DNA of 64,000 bases from Antedon mediterranea (taxonomy: Eukaryota > Animalia > Echinodermata). Location of the stretch: assembly GCF_964355755.1 (NCBI RefSeq), contig NC_092680.1, positions 8,060,001-8,124,000 of the forward strand, written 5' to 3'. Shown here one piece after another: positions 1-14,700 of this stretch. The first letter of the stretch is position 1, and every line of letters starts with the position of its first letter. Below the pieces are notes generated by a model that worked only from the letters and a program-made list of their open reading frames with translations, was not told the DNA's origin and ran no database searches. A program made the translations under genes and the position numbers.

Positions 1-320
1 ATACTACATACAGGTAAATATTTATTATTAAATATTACATTATTTAAATTTAAAATAAATTTTATTTTAATGAACACTGTACAGTATCAGTGGCATTCAA
101 CATGTTAGTGGTGCTAATATTATAGCAGCAGAAAATATATAATATTACTATAAATAAATTGCTTATAGTAAAAAAATGATTGCAAACAGACTTTTTATCA
201 ATGTAAGTAAAACATTCAAAAGGCGCTGGTTTAAATAAAATACGGTAGGTTGTTGTTGTGGACAATTTCATTTCACTTTCTAACAGTCTCTTTCACCTAA
301 AAGTGCTATCGTACTCGAAA

Positions 321-440
321 GGCCAATTTACACAGACAAGTGGTAACAGTAAGAAAAACCGCGTAGCTTCTCCTATATAGAATACTGTATGTATGTATCT
401 TGAGCGGAAACCACCCGTCCACTGTTGTGTTTAAATGGTC
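321..440. mobile_element. Small degenerate hairpin MITE
   Basis: ggccaatttacacagacaagtgg at 321 and ccactgttgtgtttaaatggtc ending at 440 are imperfect inverted repeats. Confidence 0.35.
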
Positions 441-1295
441 ATTAGGAATAATTTAATAAATGAATCTATATTTTTATTATACCAGTATCTGTACCAATAT
501 GTGTAGGTGTTTTTTTTATTATTCTAAAACGATTTCAGCATCAATTTATATTTCAGTTCATATTCTGTTATAATTATTACATATTTTAGTTTTAGTAAAA
601 TAATTTTAATGTGACTTTTTTTTTTAATCTTATAGTATATTAATGTGATTTTGGTTAAAATTGATCATGGAAAGTACACAGCATGAGTCATTGGCATCAT
701 ATACCTATGTTTATACTGTAAATAAAGAATGAGTAGTATAACAGTTGGAACAGATACATGTTACACTATTGTCATTTTTATGTACTATATTTTATAAGAA
801 CAGATGTTTATGTTTTCAGTCATTAATCCAATTCTGGTAATAATAGATAGTTTGTCTTTATGGGCATTTTTCAAAAGTATATTTTTTGTTGTTTTGTTTT
901 CTATTACAGTTTGGTGGTTTACAAAGATCACGTTGCAACCTAATTTTTTATGAAAATAAAGGACATTATTGTCCACAGAGCGATGTAAATGTTTGTTACC
1001 AGTCAGTGACCCAATTGTATTAGCAGCTAAAAATTGCTAATGCCATCGAGGATGTTTTAAGATCATCTTCTTTGTGTGGATCTTTCTACATACTGCACGT
1101 ACATACATTGTTTTATCATGTTTGTATAATACAAACTTATGATAGTTAACTATAGGCTAAAGTTAACTTTGCAGATAACTGAATAACAACCAAACAACTA
1201 TCGATCAATCAATATTAATAATGTGTTTTTTTGTGGGTTTTTGCTAATGACTCAATAGGCCCTATTCTCACTCAATAGGAAATAACCATATCCAA

Positions 1296-1414
1296 ACTTT
1301 ATGACTTATAATAATTGTAGAGTTACATTTGTATATATACTTTATGACTTATAATAATTGTAGAGTTACATTTGTATATATATATATTTTTTTTCGGGGG
1401 GGGGGGGGGGGGGG
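1296..1414. repeat. 43-bp tandem duplication followed by (TA)n, poly-T and poly-G
   Basis: actttatgacttatataataattgtagagttacatttgtatatat occurs twice, followed by a run of about 19 G. Confidence 0.8.
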
Positions 1415-2773
1415 TCTAAACTAGGCAGCAGATTTGCTTTAGAAAAATATTACACCTCATAAATTAACTCGAAGTGATGATGAAACTTCCATCCTTTTAT
1501 TTCCAACTGTACTGTAGGTATAAGAAAATTTAATCATGCGTGTCTTAACTTGCCAAGATTACCGTACATACAGTACACCTTGCTTCAGATGCAAATCCAA
1601 TGTACAGTATTGAGTATGAACATGCAGAATATAAATAATTCATCAATGGTGTAAAATTGTGGTATACTACTGTATATAACATTCATTAGTTATTTTCTTG
1701 CTATTCTAACATAAATTGCCTGTAAAGTGTCAGGTAGTACAGTATGATGCATTACATGAATTACTAACTTTCTTTTGCAAAAACATTTCATATAAACATG
1801 GAATATTGATAATGTACCATAGTAGTAGTTTCAATTGCCAATTATTGTTTTAAAAGATCCCCAACGTTGGTTTCGATGAGGAACAAAACATTTCCCAAAC
1901 AATCCCATTTTAGTATTCTTTGTGAGATGTATTGTAATATGGTGAAAAAGTGACATCATTGAGTGAGATTAAAATTAGTGTTATAATATTATTACACATA
2001 GAAGTGATACATTCTTTTAGTTCTTTAATAAAAAACACTCATTTATGGTTTGAATTCATATTTTTTAAGATGTGAACTTTAATTTGAGACTTCGACATTT
2101 GATACAGTATGTAACTTTATTATCTATGAATAATTAATTAATACTCTAACCTACCAGCATTGTCATTTTAGTAAGTAATTTCTAAATAAATATGATAACC
2201 TAATGAATTCAAATAAGTTTACTAGCAAGTGGTACAGTAATATTAAATAGACATAGTCTTCTCCAGTACTAATAGAGTGATACAAATGAAATCCATGTTT
2301 ACAAGATCAAAATAAGCCAACATCTTGAAATGGATTTGGGTGTGGTTTACAAAAAACAAACAGTGGGTGAATGTTTGTTTGCTATTTTTACGTCATTTTA
2401 AGCTTGATCAATGTGTTATAAGCGAGATGGTGTGAAAATAAGAAATTTCCAACTGGCCTATTAACTGAATGTACAATTATAGGAAGTACAGTAAATACCC
2501 ACAATGCATTTGATACTGTAATAACCTGTTCCTTAATCCTTCTTAAGTCCTGGTTAAGATTTAAAGTTTGGTCTAGTCGTAAGCAGGATATGAACATGAT
2601 AATGATGCCAAGACAAAACAAAATTGAGAAAAAACATGAAACAATCTAGAATTTATTAGGATTTTTGACATTTCTGTCAAACTGGGACAAAATATATTTA
2701 CTCATAAAACACAATTAAAATAAAATTAATATTATTAAAATGAATATAATATTTTTGTTGTTTATTTTTGCAG

Positions 2774-5700
2774 AGGCGGGGTGGCATATCATATGGTAGA
2801 GATGAAAAGGCTGCCAAGTATGTTCGCATGTTAGGTAAGTAAACCTTGTACATGGTTAAATGCCATTATTTCTAGACCACTTTTGGGAATAAGTGGGGTT
2901 TTTTTTGTTATACAGTAATAGGTTTTGTCATTTAGTGTTTTATTGCATGTATGGTTACAGTTGCTTTTAAATTTTAAAATATTAGACACTTGTTTTGGAT
3001 GATATAGTTAGTGTGACTTAACCGGTGTCAAAAAGGTATAGGATAGGGTGAAAAAAGTTAAACCGTACTATGCCATATGCCATATGAATGATGTTATTTT
3101 AGGTAATCAATTTAGTACAGTTGTTGACGTACTGTATCTAAATTATGTGTGTTCATCTATGTATTATCAATCAATTTCATCTTCCCTTTTTGTGTTAATT
3201 TCCATTTTTTATCATTCCATCACATTCAGTAACAACATGATTGAGAATTACAATTAACAGAGCTTAAGGTGACAGATTAGATTAAGTTGGGTGTACCATT
3301 ATTAATCCATGCATGAATATTTATTAATATGATAATGTAATAATTCCTCCTTAATCATCCATTCTCTACTATCTTTATCTATAGACTAATTTGCAATCTC
3401 ATTAGATTTATATTCCAACAGTAAATCATTCTTTTGACAGCTTACTACATTAAACATTTTCATCGACGCCAGACATTGTAATCTACAGTATACACGCTGC
3501 TGGCGAGTCATGGATTTAATATCTCATTGTTTTATAATGAGAATTTAATAAGTCGAATGTTATTCCACGATTCCAATTATTTTTCCAAAAATTACTATAA
3601 ATTGTATTTATGTTGAATCAATAAGATAATTTGAAACATTATTGAATGATTATACTGTACTATTAAGTCATAAATTCTTTAGTCAATACATTTAATTAAT
3701 GTGTAATGTGTTTGAATGATATACTGTAATGCCATATAAATTGTTCACATTACAAAAATAAAGTTTAGTATTATACTAGCACACAAGACCAACTAAAACA
3801 GAAGCTTTTGATGTGATACTGTGTTAAATTTATATTAGAATTGTCATGTCAAAACCATTCTACTACAGCAACTATTATTGTACTGCAATTAATAAAAATA
3901 TTGTGTTTCTGTGAGAAGCTTATAAGCAGTCGACACTGCAATAAACAATGTGTATGTTTATTTTTAAAAAAAGGCTTGCTAAAAAATTACATATTTAAAC
4001 AATTGTAGTTACTGCAGTAACTTCAGTAGAATAATTTTAAAATGATCTGAGACTTCTATAAATTAGTTTCTACAGTACTGTATATGTGATGTCATACAGT
4101 AATATGAATGTTAAGTAAAGAAACAGATACTATAATATGCAATAAAAAGGGAAATCCCCTAAAGTACGAAAGTGTTTCTGTTGATGATAGGATAATGTAT
4201 TTATACAATATTTCTAAATTGTGAATAGCTAAGAAAAGCCATATTAGAAGACAATTAATGATGTCATATATCTCTATATATACACACATCTTTGATAAAA
4301 TTAGTTTGAAATTATTATGCTACAGTAACTATGAATGATAATCAAATTGTTTTAGTTTACAGTCCAATTCATTTTAATTGATATTCAGTTTATATTTGTT
4401 TTCTTTGTAACTTGCAAATAGTTGGTCATAGCATATAATATTTTCACAGGTGATATTAAGAATTCCATTAATGACATGCAGAATATTGAATTGGGAAGCA
4501 AAGTTCCCTTAAAACGAAGGTACTCCCTACCAGAACAAGATGTTAAACTTATACAAGGTAAGCAAAATATTTAAATTTAAGGACTGAACATGCTAACAAT
4601 AACATGGCTAATACTATACAGATTTATACAAATAAAGTTTACAGTATCTGATATTATCTAAAATTGTAGCTTATCCATGCAGTTCAATATGTTCTGTAGC
4701 CTACATGTACAATCAATACCAAATGAAATTGACCATTAAAAGCTTTATCTTTTTTTTTACCCTAACAATACTCTGTACATTTTCTCTACGTTTTGTGATC
4801 TAATTAAAGGTCACAAACTGCATTGTATGTAAAAATAAATGGGCCTATTGCAAATTTTGTCTTCTTTAAATGATAAAAATGTGAAAAATAAGTTGATACT
4901 AATCATTTAAACGGCCTACTATAAATACCAGTATGCATTGCGCGCTGATTGATATTGTCATTTTGAAAGTGTCTTTAACGTTTATGCTACATTTTAACTT
5001 TTTTTAAATATTTCACGTCATGCAATAATATATACTGTAGCTTTAAAAAATATCATAAGTTCACAATGAATATTCTGCCTGCAGTGATTATACCTTTTCC
5101 ATTCTGTATCTGAGTTAGCAGCACTATTTATTATTAACCTGTCAATAATGGTTACAATTCTACATTATGTTATAATGAATCATATATTTTTTCCCAAATT
5201 TGCAGGCCTTCAGAACCATGGTACCCCTAAAAACAAGTCTCTTACAAGAACGCGCTCTTCTAGTTTATGCCGGGCGCATCGACAGTCAAGAAAAATTGAG
5301 TGCAGAAGTCGGCACCCTGTGACTGAGAATGAATCTATCCACCTTGACAGACAATATCCTGGCCAAATTAAGGTGTGTATTTACAGTATTTTTATAAAAA
5401 AACTAGGATTTTATGTGAACAAACTTCCTTTTTTTTAAGTTTCCTTTTCAAGTTAGAGACTAGACTAGAAGTGAGGCCTTAATACTGTAGCCTATAGCTC
5501 ATGATGATTTTCCCCCATTTGTGAAAAAAAAGAACTCCCTGGCTGCAGGCTTGTAAACCATAGCAATTCAACCAAAGACATCTTCAAACCTGTATCTGAG
5601 TTATATAAACGTTAGGTAACAAACATTGGACAAATGTTTTGCCTTGGTAAGGGCATCACCATGGAACCTGACATGGTTTCACTTTGTGACTCTATGCAAT

Positions 5701-8700
5701 CTGTCATTGAGTGCACACATTTCAATATTGATTTTTGTGTTCAAGCACTTAAAACATTTTGTTGAAAAGAAAGAAGTCAATATGTTTGCAATGGAGTTTG
5801 TTGTTGGTCAGTGAAATCTTAAGTTGGTATATTGTATTAAAAAATGACGGTCAGCACATGTATACTAGGAACTGTCTTCCTCTAAGAAATTATTATTTTT
5901 AATGTAATATTATTGCAAACACACAATTAATGATTCACTGTAACTATGTGATATTCAGGCTGACTTTTAACATTCAACATTATACAGCAATTCAAGGTGG
6001 CACAAAATAGTGGGTTTAGAAGTAGAAATGCAGTTTACACAATTTCAATCAATATTTTAAATATACCTGTACCAATATACCTGGAACAATAAAACAATTA
6101 ATATTAATGAATGGTAACAAATTACGTTTTTATTTTCTTGAAATCCCCAGGGATCGATCACATTATGACCTAAAACTTAAACCAACATTTATATAATACC
6201 TTCACTACCAGCAATCATTTCCAACCCTGCAGATCAAATTTCCAAATTAACTTTAAAAAACAAATTCATCAGCTATGCATTAGCAGTTGTCATAACAACA
6301 GCTTTCATTACTCGGTATGAAGAATGCAATTTCATATTATCAATATTGAAAGGATCTTCCTTTAAATGTAAATTGACATCTTTTCAATTACCTTTGGTGT
6401 GTTGTCTTACACGTCAACTCCTTCACACTACTATACTATAACACTAGCTGTTTACCTAATTTAATACAAATTTGCAGATTGTATTGATATCTACAACATA
6501 AGGTGTTTTTATTATTTTCCATCAGGCTTTCATGACAGTGGTCTATTTTTAATTTTTGACCAGACCTATATTTAAAGACCCCTTCCCTGCAATTTTGGAC
6601 GTTTTTTGGAAAATAATACATATATATCACTTTAAAAACATTAAACCATGTCATTCCTTGTCTTAAATGTACGTTTTATGGTAAATTATGATAAAAAGTG
6701 AGAAACAATGCACTACCTAAGTAGCTCGCGGCGATCGACCTCTCGTGGACGGTCTTAGGCCTAGCCTAGCTAGGCTTAGTTTTGTAGGCCTAGCTGGTAA
6801 ACATCGGTAACGTACGAACATCGTACGTGAGCTATATACCTAGCCTGACGTTGTATAGTTGCTGCATTAATTGTCTTTCTATTTTTGCCAGACTCCGTTG
6901 ATACAAATTGGGGAAAACCCGGTATTTTCGCTGAAAAGTTAGGAGTCTTCCATTTGTTTTGGCCTCACGATCGATCGAAAAGTGGGGGAATTACAGGTGA
7001 AAAACAAAAATATCAATCCGCGCGCAATGCATTTTGGGATTTATAGCGGGCCGCTATAATTATTAGAATCGGCTTATTTTTCACATTTTTAACCGTTTAA
7101 AGACGAAAAAAGTTATCGCAATAGGACCATATAGTATTATTTTTACATTAAATATAGTTTGTGATCTTAAATTAGATCTAAAAAAACGTAGGGAATGGGG
7201 CTTTAATAATGGTATCTGATCTTGAAACTGTAAAGATGAGAATGTCTATGGTGATGAGAAAACAAAAATGTATATAGTTAAGGATGTTTTCAAAGAAAGG
7301 CCCAGTTATTTTAGGTTGATAGCGATCAACGATTAATAGATAAATATGCATTTTTCCTACAGAAAACCAAAGAAATCAAAAAGGTTTTCGACCTCGAATT
7401 ATAAGATAACCATTTATGCTGTCCAACCAGATGACGTCATGATTAGTAAGAGAAATAAACAGGTTTTATTGTTCTTATTTTCCATGATGTCATTTTGGAA
7501 AAATATTATCAATTCAAAGACAGCATAAATGGTTGTTTTATAGTTCTAGAGTGAACATTTTTGTTATTTATTTTGTTTTCTGTACGAAAAAAATGTATGT
7601 TCTTTATCGAGTCTGTAGTATAAACAGGCATTTGACCAAATCATGATAATAATCTAGGCAACCATTCACTTCCATTAAACCATGAATTCACTATATGTAC
7701 TTGTAGATCTGTTTGACTCTTGAAAATGATCAAATAATACTTAATTGAAGTTACATTTCATAAATATTGAGTTTCCCAATAAAAAAATATTTCTTGATTT
7801 ACATATTTATTGTCTGTCAACATTTATTATTCAATCTATGACAACAACAACAAGACATGAAATCAATAAGCTAAAGTTGGCCTATCATATATCTCCGTTG
7901 TAATATTTGATAAGATGAATTAGTAAATGTTATATTAATTATTCACCTTTTTTTTTAATGTGAATGAAATAATTCTAACAATTAATTTAGGTATTTTTTC
8001 ATCAAATGTAAAGTAGTACCATAAAAAGGGTCACGTTTTAAATGATATTTGCCAATATCCTATTAGATTACCATTGCTCTATTGTTTTTTCAACCATAGG
8101 TATCAACTGATTAAAGTTCATGGCAAGGCTATTGCTGCTTACTTATATATTTCAAAAAGTCATAAGTCTGATAAACCTATCCTATTTTTTAAATTCAGAT
8201 GTACGTCAGAGGTATTTGGTTCATTAACCTATTTGACAAGCGAATACGACAAGTAAATCTAGCAATACAATGAAATGATCACCTTCAATACCACAGAAAA
8301 ACGTTCTTTTGTACAAACAAAACTACAGGAATATTTACATTTAATTGTTATTTAATTCAAATATTAGTAATTTTGGTAATTAGCTAACAAATTCCCCCTT
8401 TGTGATATGTATAAAGATGGCCAAAAATTACTGAAAGTATGTCCACCTTTTTAAAATATATCTCTAAATTTGCAGAGGAGATTTATAAATTCTGTACTTG
8501 CTTGTGAACCCTAATAAAATACTGTAATAGAAGGGTAACTCATTCACACACCTGTGCAACCTACATTACATTGTAAGTTGGGAACAGAAAATAAAGATCT
8601 GACAGTGAACAATCATAATAGATAGTTTGTGAACTTTCAGTCATTAATTTTGAGATTTCTCATAAACTGAAGTTGTTTTGATTAGTTTTTACCTATAGGT

Positions 8701-11700
8701 TAGAAGGTTCTGCTAAAACATTTAACATAATACAGTATGAACTAGCATGTACAAGCAAGGGATATAAACAAAGTTTCAACAGTAAATCAATTGTTTAGTA
8801 CTTAATAAAAACACAAGAAAAATGTCAACATTAAACATGCAAGCCACACCAGGTTTTATAGGCATAGTAAAAATCAAGATGTGTGTATCTCTCCTGTCCA
8901 TTGTATTTCAAAAGGTGTTTTTATTTAAAATAGCGCCAACAATATTGTAAATTAGTGGCATATATCTATTTCAAATAGACTTAAATGGATGCACTGTTTC
9001 TTTTGTTGCATCCTGTCTTTGAATGAATTCCCACACCTACCAAACATTCACCCACTTTTGATTCATTTAAAATTAATTTTAAAAAACTCTTTTATTTACC
9101 TAATTTCTTTCATATTTTTTGCAATTGGCACAATTTGAATGTTTGACCAGACAACTCCCTGGTTTGACTATCATTTTATTTTAGAACTGTTTCAATTGCC
9201 AAGAAAATGGAAATGTTTTCATCATACCAATATTTTTTTTCCCAACAAAAACAGACCAAAAGATGTAGGTCTGTTTGTAAGTTCATGCCCTTCTTGGACA
9301 CTAGCCATTGTATTTATACTGTAAACTTAATAAATCAACTTCTTTGAAATCTATTTTTAAAATATTGTACTACTGTACATATAGTTACAAATTCATAACA
9401 TACTGTGACAGATATTGATTCATATAACAGTAATGTTGGGTGTAAACTATTTTTATTTATTTAGAGAATCCTGTTTTAATTATTTTTTCTGAAATTTAGG
9501 AACTTTCTGGTGTGATTGCCAGTAAAAAATGAAATTTTAATGTTAAGATTTTATTTTTATTTTTTATTATCTGGTTGAAATATTGTTTTCATAATATTTT
9601 TATGTTCTAAAATATTGATAATTTACCCAGCAAACTGACAATAATGTTTTAGAAGAAATATATCTCAAAATTGGTCATTTTATGTTGTGATCATATTTAT
9701 AACTTCACATATATTATTCTTTGCAGCAATTGGTTTCGAATCTAGGAAATTGGGATTTCGATATATTTCATTTAGAACAGCTAACATCAGGTAAGACTCA
9801 AATAACACCAATAACACACCTGTTTTATTAATATCCATTGTATTACTAATTGGTTGCCTAGCAACCTGACATACATTTTAGATTGAATGCAGAGTCCAGG
9901 AAATTTGAAGAGAATGATGTATTGTGAGGATGAAATTTTGTAGCACTAGTGTAATTGTCATAATAATCACTGTTATTGAAATCATTTATATGTAATCATT
10001 TAGTGTTATCTATAATCATCCCTACGACTATTAATATTACTAGGTATGGTACAGTATTTTAGACTCGCTGCTTTAGAGATGTAGTGTTACTGCATATGTA
10101 CACAGCAGCATATATATTTTTCTGTCTGAACTACATAACTGATTAGCACAAGACAGCTAAGATTCCTCTTTCATCAAGAGAGTTAACAAACTCTATTTTT
10201 TTTATGTGTCGCCTTTCCTAAACACTCCAATACAGACACAACCATGATCAGACTCACTTCCGTTTAAAAGGCAAGCTATTAGGAACATTTTAATCGTGTC
10301 TGAACACAGCTGCAGACTACTGTACAAGTTGTAAACAATGCCATTAGTCCGAACATACTAGTAGCCTAAAATCAATCAAATACACATACTTAACATATAA
10401 TTAAGTCATCATCGCCACCAAGTGTATTTGTTATTATCACATTCCATTTCAAATTATCTTAATTTGATCACTTAATCATATATACTATACTGTAATTCTT
10501 TCATTGAATTATCCTTGAGTAAAATGATGACTAATAATATGAAGCAACTTACTACTCCGAGGTTAAACACTGTGAGCAACATTGGGATTGTGCCCAGGAT
10601 TATATGATTATAGGCTGTATAGCCTTCCTGCTAAAGCAGCGCTTTCACTTTGATTACAATAAATTTAAAGTTTTTCCTAATCAATTGACAAACAAAATGT
10701 CTACCTACAGTATTACACCTACAATATTTCTATAAATCTGAAAATGAGATTAACCTAGGCTGGGTAGAACAACCATGATGACTGCCAGAACCCTGGGTTG
10801 CTGGGTGGAAGAACTAAAGCATTATGCAGGGTGGAAAAACCATATGATGAGTGACAGAACCCTGGGTTGCTGGGTGGAAGAACTAAAGCATTATGCAGGG
10901 TGGAAAAACCATATGATGAGTGACAGAACCCTGGGTTGCTGGGTGGAAGAACTAAAGCATTATGCAGGGTGGAAAAACCATATGATGAGTGACAGAACCC
11001 TGGGTTGCTGGGTGGAAGAACTAAAGCATTATGCAGGGTGGAAAAACCATATGATGAGTGACAGAACCCTGGGTTGCTGGGTGGAAGAACTAAAGCATTA
11101 TGCAGGGTGGAAAAAACATATGATGAGTGACAGAACCCTGGGTTGCTGGGTGGAAGAACTAAAGCATTATGCAGGGTGGAAAAACCATATGATGAGTGAC
11201 AGAACCCTGGGTTGCTGGGTGGAAGAACTAAAGCATTATGCAGGGTGGAAAAAACATATGATGAGTGACAGAACCCTGGGTTGCTGGGTGGAAGAACTAA
11301 AGCATTATGCAGGGTGGAAAAACCATATGATGAGTGACAGAACCCTGGGTTGCTGGGTGGAAGAACTAAAGCATTATGCAGGGTGGAAAAACCATATGAT
11401 GAGTGACAGAACCCTGGGTTGCTGGGTGGAAGAACTAAAGCATTATGCAGGGTGGAAAAACCATATGATGAGTGACAGAACCCTGGGTTGCTGGGTGGAA
11501 GAACTAAAGCATTATGCAGGGTGGAAAAACCATATGATGAGTGACAGAACCCTGGGTTGCTGGGTGGAAGAACTAAAGCATTATGCAGGGTGGAAAAACC
11601 ATATGATGAGTGACAGAACCCTGGGTTGCTGGGTGGAAGAACTAAAGCATTATGCAGGGTGGAAAAACCATATGATGAGTGACAGAACCCTGGGTTGCTG

Positions 11701-14700
11701 GGTGGAAGAACTAAAGCATTATGCAGGGTGGAAAAACCATATGATGAGTGGCAGAACCCTGGGTTGCTGGGTGGAAGAACTAAAGCATTATGCAGGGTGG
11801 AAAAACCATATGATGAGTGACAGAACCCTGGGTTGCTGGGTGGAAGAACTAAAGCATTATGCAGGGTGGAAAAACCATATGATGAGTGACAGAACCCTGG
11901 GTTGCTGGGTGGAAGAACTAAAGCATTATGCAGGGTGGAAAAACCATATGATGAGTGACAGAACCCTGGGTTGCTGGGTGGAAGAACTAAAGCATTATGC
12001 AGGGTGGAAAAACCATATGATGAGTGACAGAACCCTGGGTTGCTGGGTGGAAGAACTAAAGCATTATGCAGGGTGGAAAAACCATATGATAAGTGACAGA
12101 ACCCTGGGTTGCTGGGTGGAAGAACTAAAGCATTATGCAGGGTGGAAAAACCATATGATGAGTGACAGAACCCTGGGTTGCTGGGTGGAAGAACTAAAGC
12201 ATTATGCAGGGTGGAAAAACCATATGATGAGTGACAGAACCCTGGGTTGCTGGGTGGAAGAACTAAAGCATTATGCAGGGTGGAAAAACCATATGATAAG
12301 TGACAGAACCCTGGGTTGCTGGGTGGAAGAACTAAAGCATTATGCAGGGTGGAAAAACCATATGATAAGTGACAGAACCCTGGGTTGCTGGGTGGAAGAA
12401 CTAAAGCATTATGCAGGGTGGAAAAACCATATGATAAGTGACAGAACCCTGGGTTGCTGGGTGGAAGAACTAAAGCATTATGCAGGGTGGAAAAACGATA
12501 TGATAAGTGACAGAACCCTGGGTTGCTGGGTGGAAGAACTAAAGCATTATGCAGGGTGGAAAAACCATATGATGAGTGACAGAACCCTGGGTTGCTGGGT
12601 GGAAGAACTAAAGCATTATGCAGGGTGGAAAAACCATATGATAAGTGACAGAACCCTGGGTTGCTGGGTGGAAGAACTAAAGCATTATGCAGGGTGGAAA
12701 ACCATATGATAAGTGACAGAACCCTGGGTTGCTGGGTGGAAGAACTAAAGCATTATGCAGGGTGGAAAAACCATATGATGAGTGACAGAACCCTGGGTTG
12801 CTGGGTGGAAGAACTAAAGCATTATGCAGGGTGGAAAAACCATATGATGAGTGACAGAACCCTGGGTTGCTGGGTGGAAGAACTAAAGCATTATGCAGGG
12901 TGGAAAAACCATATGATAAGTGACAGAACCCTGGGTTGCTGGGTGGAAGAACTAAAGCATTATGCAGGGTGGAAAAACCATATGATGAGTGACAGAACCT
13001 TAATGCAAGATGCCAAAGCATTATGCAGGGTGGAAAAACCATATGATGAGTGACAGAACCTTAATGCAAGATGCCAAAACATTATGCAGGGTGGAAAAAC
13101 CATATGATGAGTGACAGAACCTTAATGCAAGATGCCAAAACATTATGCAGGGTGGAAAAACCATATGATGAGTGACAGAACCTTAATGCAAGATGCCAAA
13201 GCATTATGCTGAGTGGAAAAACCATATGATGGGTGGCAAGAACCTCAATGCAGGATGCCAAAGCATTATGCAGGGTGGAAAAACCATATGATGAGTGACA
13301 GAACCTTAATGCAAGATGCCAAAACATTATGCAGGGTGGAAATAAACCATATGATAAGTGGCAGAACCTTAATGCAGGATGCCAAATCATTATTCAAGGT
13401 GGAAAAACCATATGATGGGTGGCAAGAACCTCAATGCAGGATGCCAAAGCATTACACTGGGTGGGAAAACCATATGATGAATGGCAGAACCTTAATGCAG
13501 GATGCCAAAGCATTATACTGGGTGGAAAAACCATATGATGAATGGCAGAACCTTAATGCAAGATGCCAAAGCATTATGCTGAGTGGAAAAACCATTTGAT
13601 AAGTGGCAGAACCTTAATGCAAGATGCCAAAGCATTATGCTGAGTGGAAAAACCATTTGATAAGTGGCAGAACCTTAATGCATGATACCAAATCATTATT
13701 CAAGGTGGAAAAACCATATGATGGGTGGCAAGAACCTCAATGCAGGATGCCAAAGCATTATGCAGGGTGGAAAACCATATGATAGGTGGCAGAACCTTAA
13801 TGCAGGATGCCAAAGCATTATTCAGGGTGGAAAAACCATATGATGGGTGGCAGAACCTTAATGCATGATGCCAAAGCATTATGCTGAGTGGAAAAATCAT
13901 ATGATGGGTGCCAGACCATCGGGCTGCTGGGTGGAAGAATTATACTGTACGATGGGTGACAAAACCTTCATGCAGGATGCCAGAGCATAATACTGGGTGG
14001 AACTATATTAATTATGGGTGGAATTAGAACTATATTCTGTGTGGAAGATATCTCTTTGCATACTAGTGTAACAGTGCATTGTTTATTATGCTTTAATCAA
14101 CAAGAAGAAATTGGTAAAACTATCTCAATATCTCTGATTTCAGTCACAAAAAGAGCTTGCAGGCTTCAATCACTCAGCATTTATTATATTCAATGACAGA
14201 TCTACAGAAAAGCCCTCAAGTGGATACTTCAAAACACCATTGGACATCTAAAGTATCAGTGATTGACATTTACTAAAATTGATTCAGATTTTGTCTAGAA
14301 CTGCATTATTTCTACCTAGCATAACCCTATTGTATTGATTTATTTTGGAGAACATTACTAATTGCAGAAGAAGCATATTGATACCTTGTTCCTTGACAGT
14401 TTAAGATTAGACCTTTCAAACTCAATTTGTCCTCGCTGGGGATAAAAATGTTTTGATCCATATTGTTATCACTTTTCATAAGGGACTTAGTTTATTTTAA
14501 GACAGAATGGCTTAAAATATCAGAGCATTCTGCTGAAAATAGCCAGTGCTGACCTGACGGAAACTAGAATGTCTACTGAGATTTCACTGTGGTTTACAGC
14601 ATCTTGCTGTCATTTGGGCTCAGATTTTCTAGGGAGCTAGAAATTGTCTAGCTTTCTGGCATTTAATAAATCGGGGACAACTTCTTTTTAAAACTTGATC

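Noticed and set aside
10775-13053. 644-aa and 130-aa repeat ORFs as a real protein, or the array as a CRISPR locus
   Set aside because: The units are head-to-tail with no unique spacers, there are no cas genes, and the context is a eukaryotic intron. The frame is open because the unit is 69 bp (3x23) and stop-free, and it is broken by a 1-bp deletion and by the 61-bp units.
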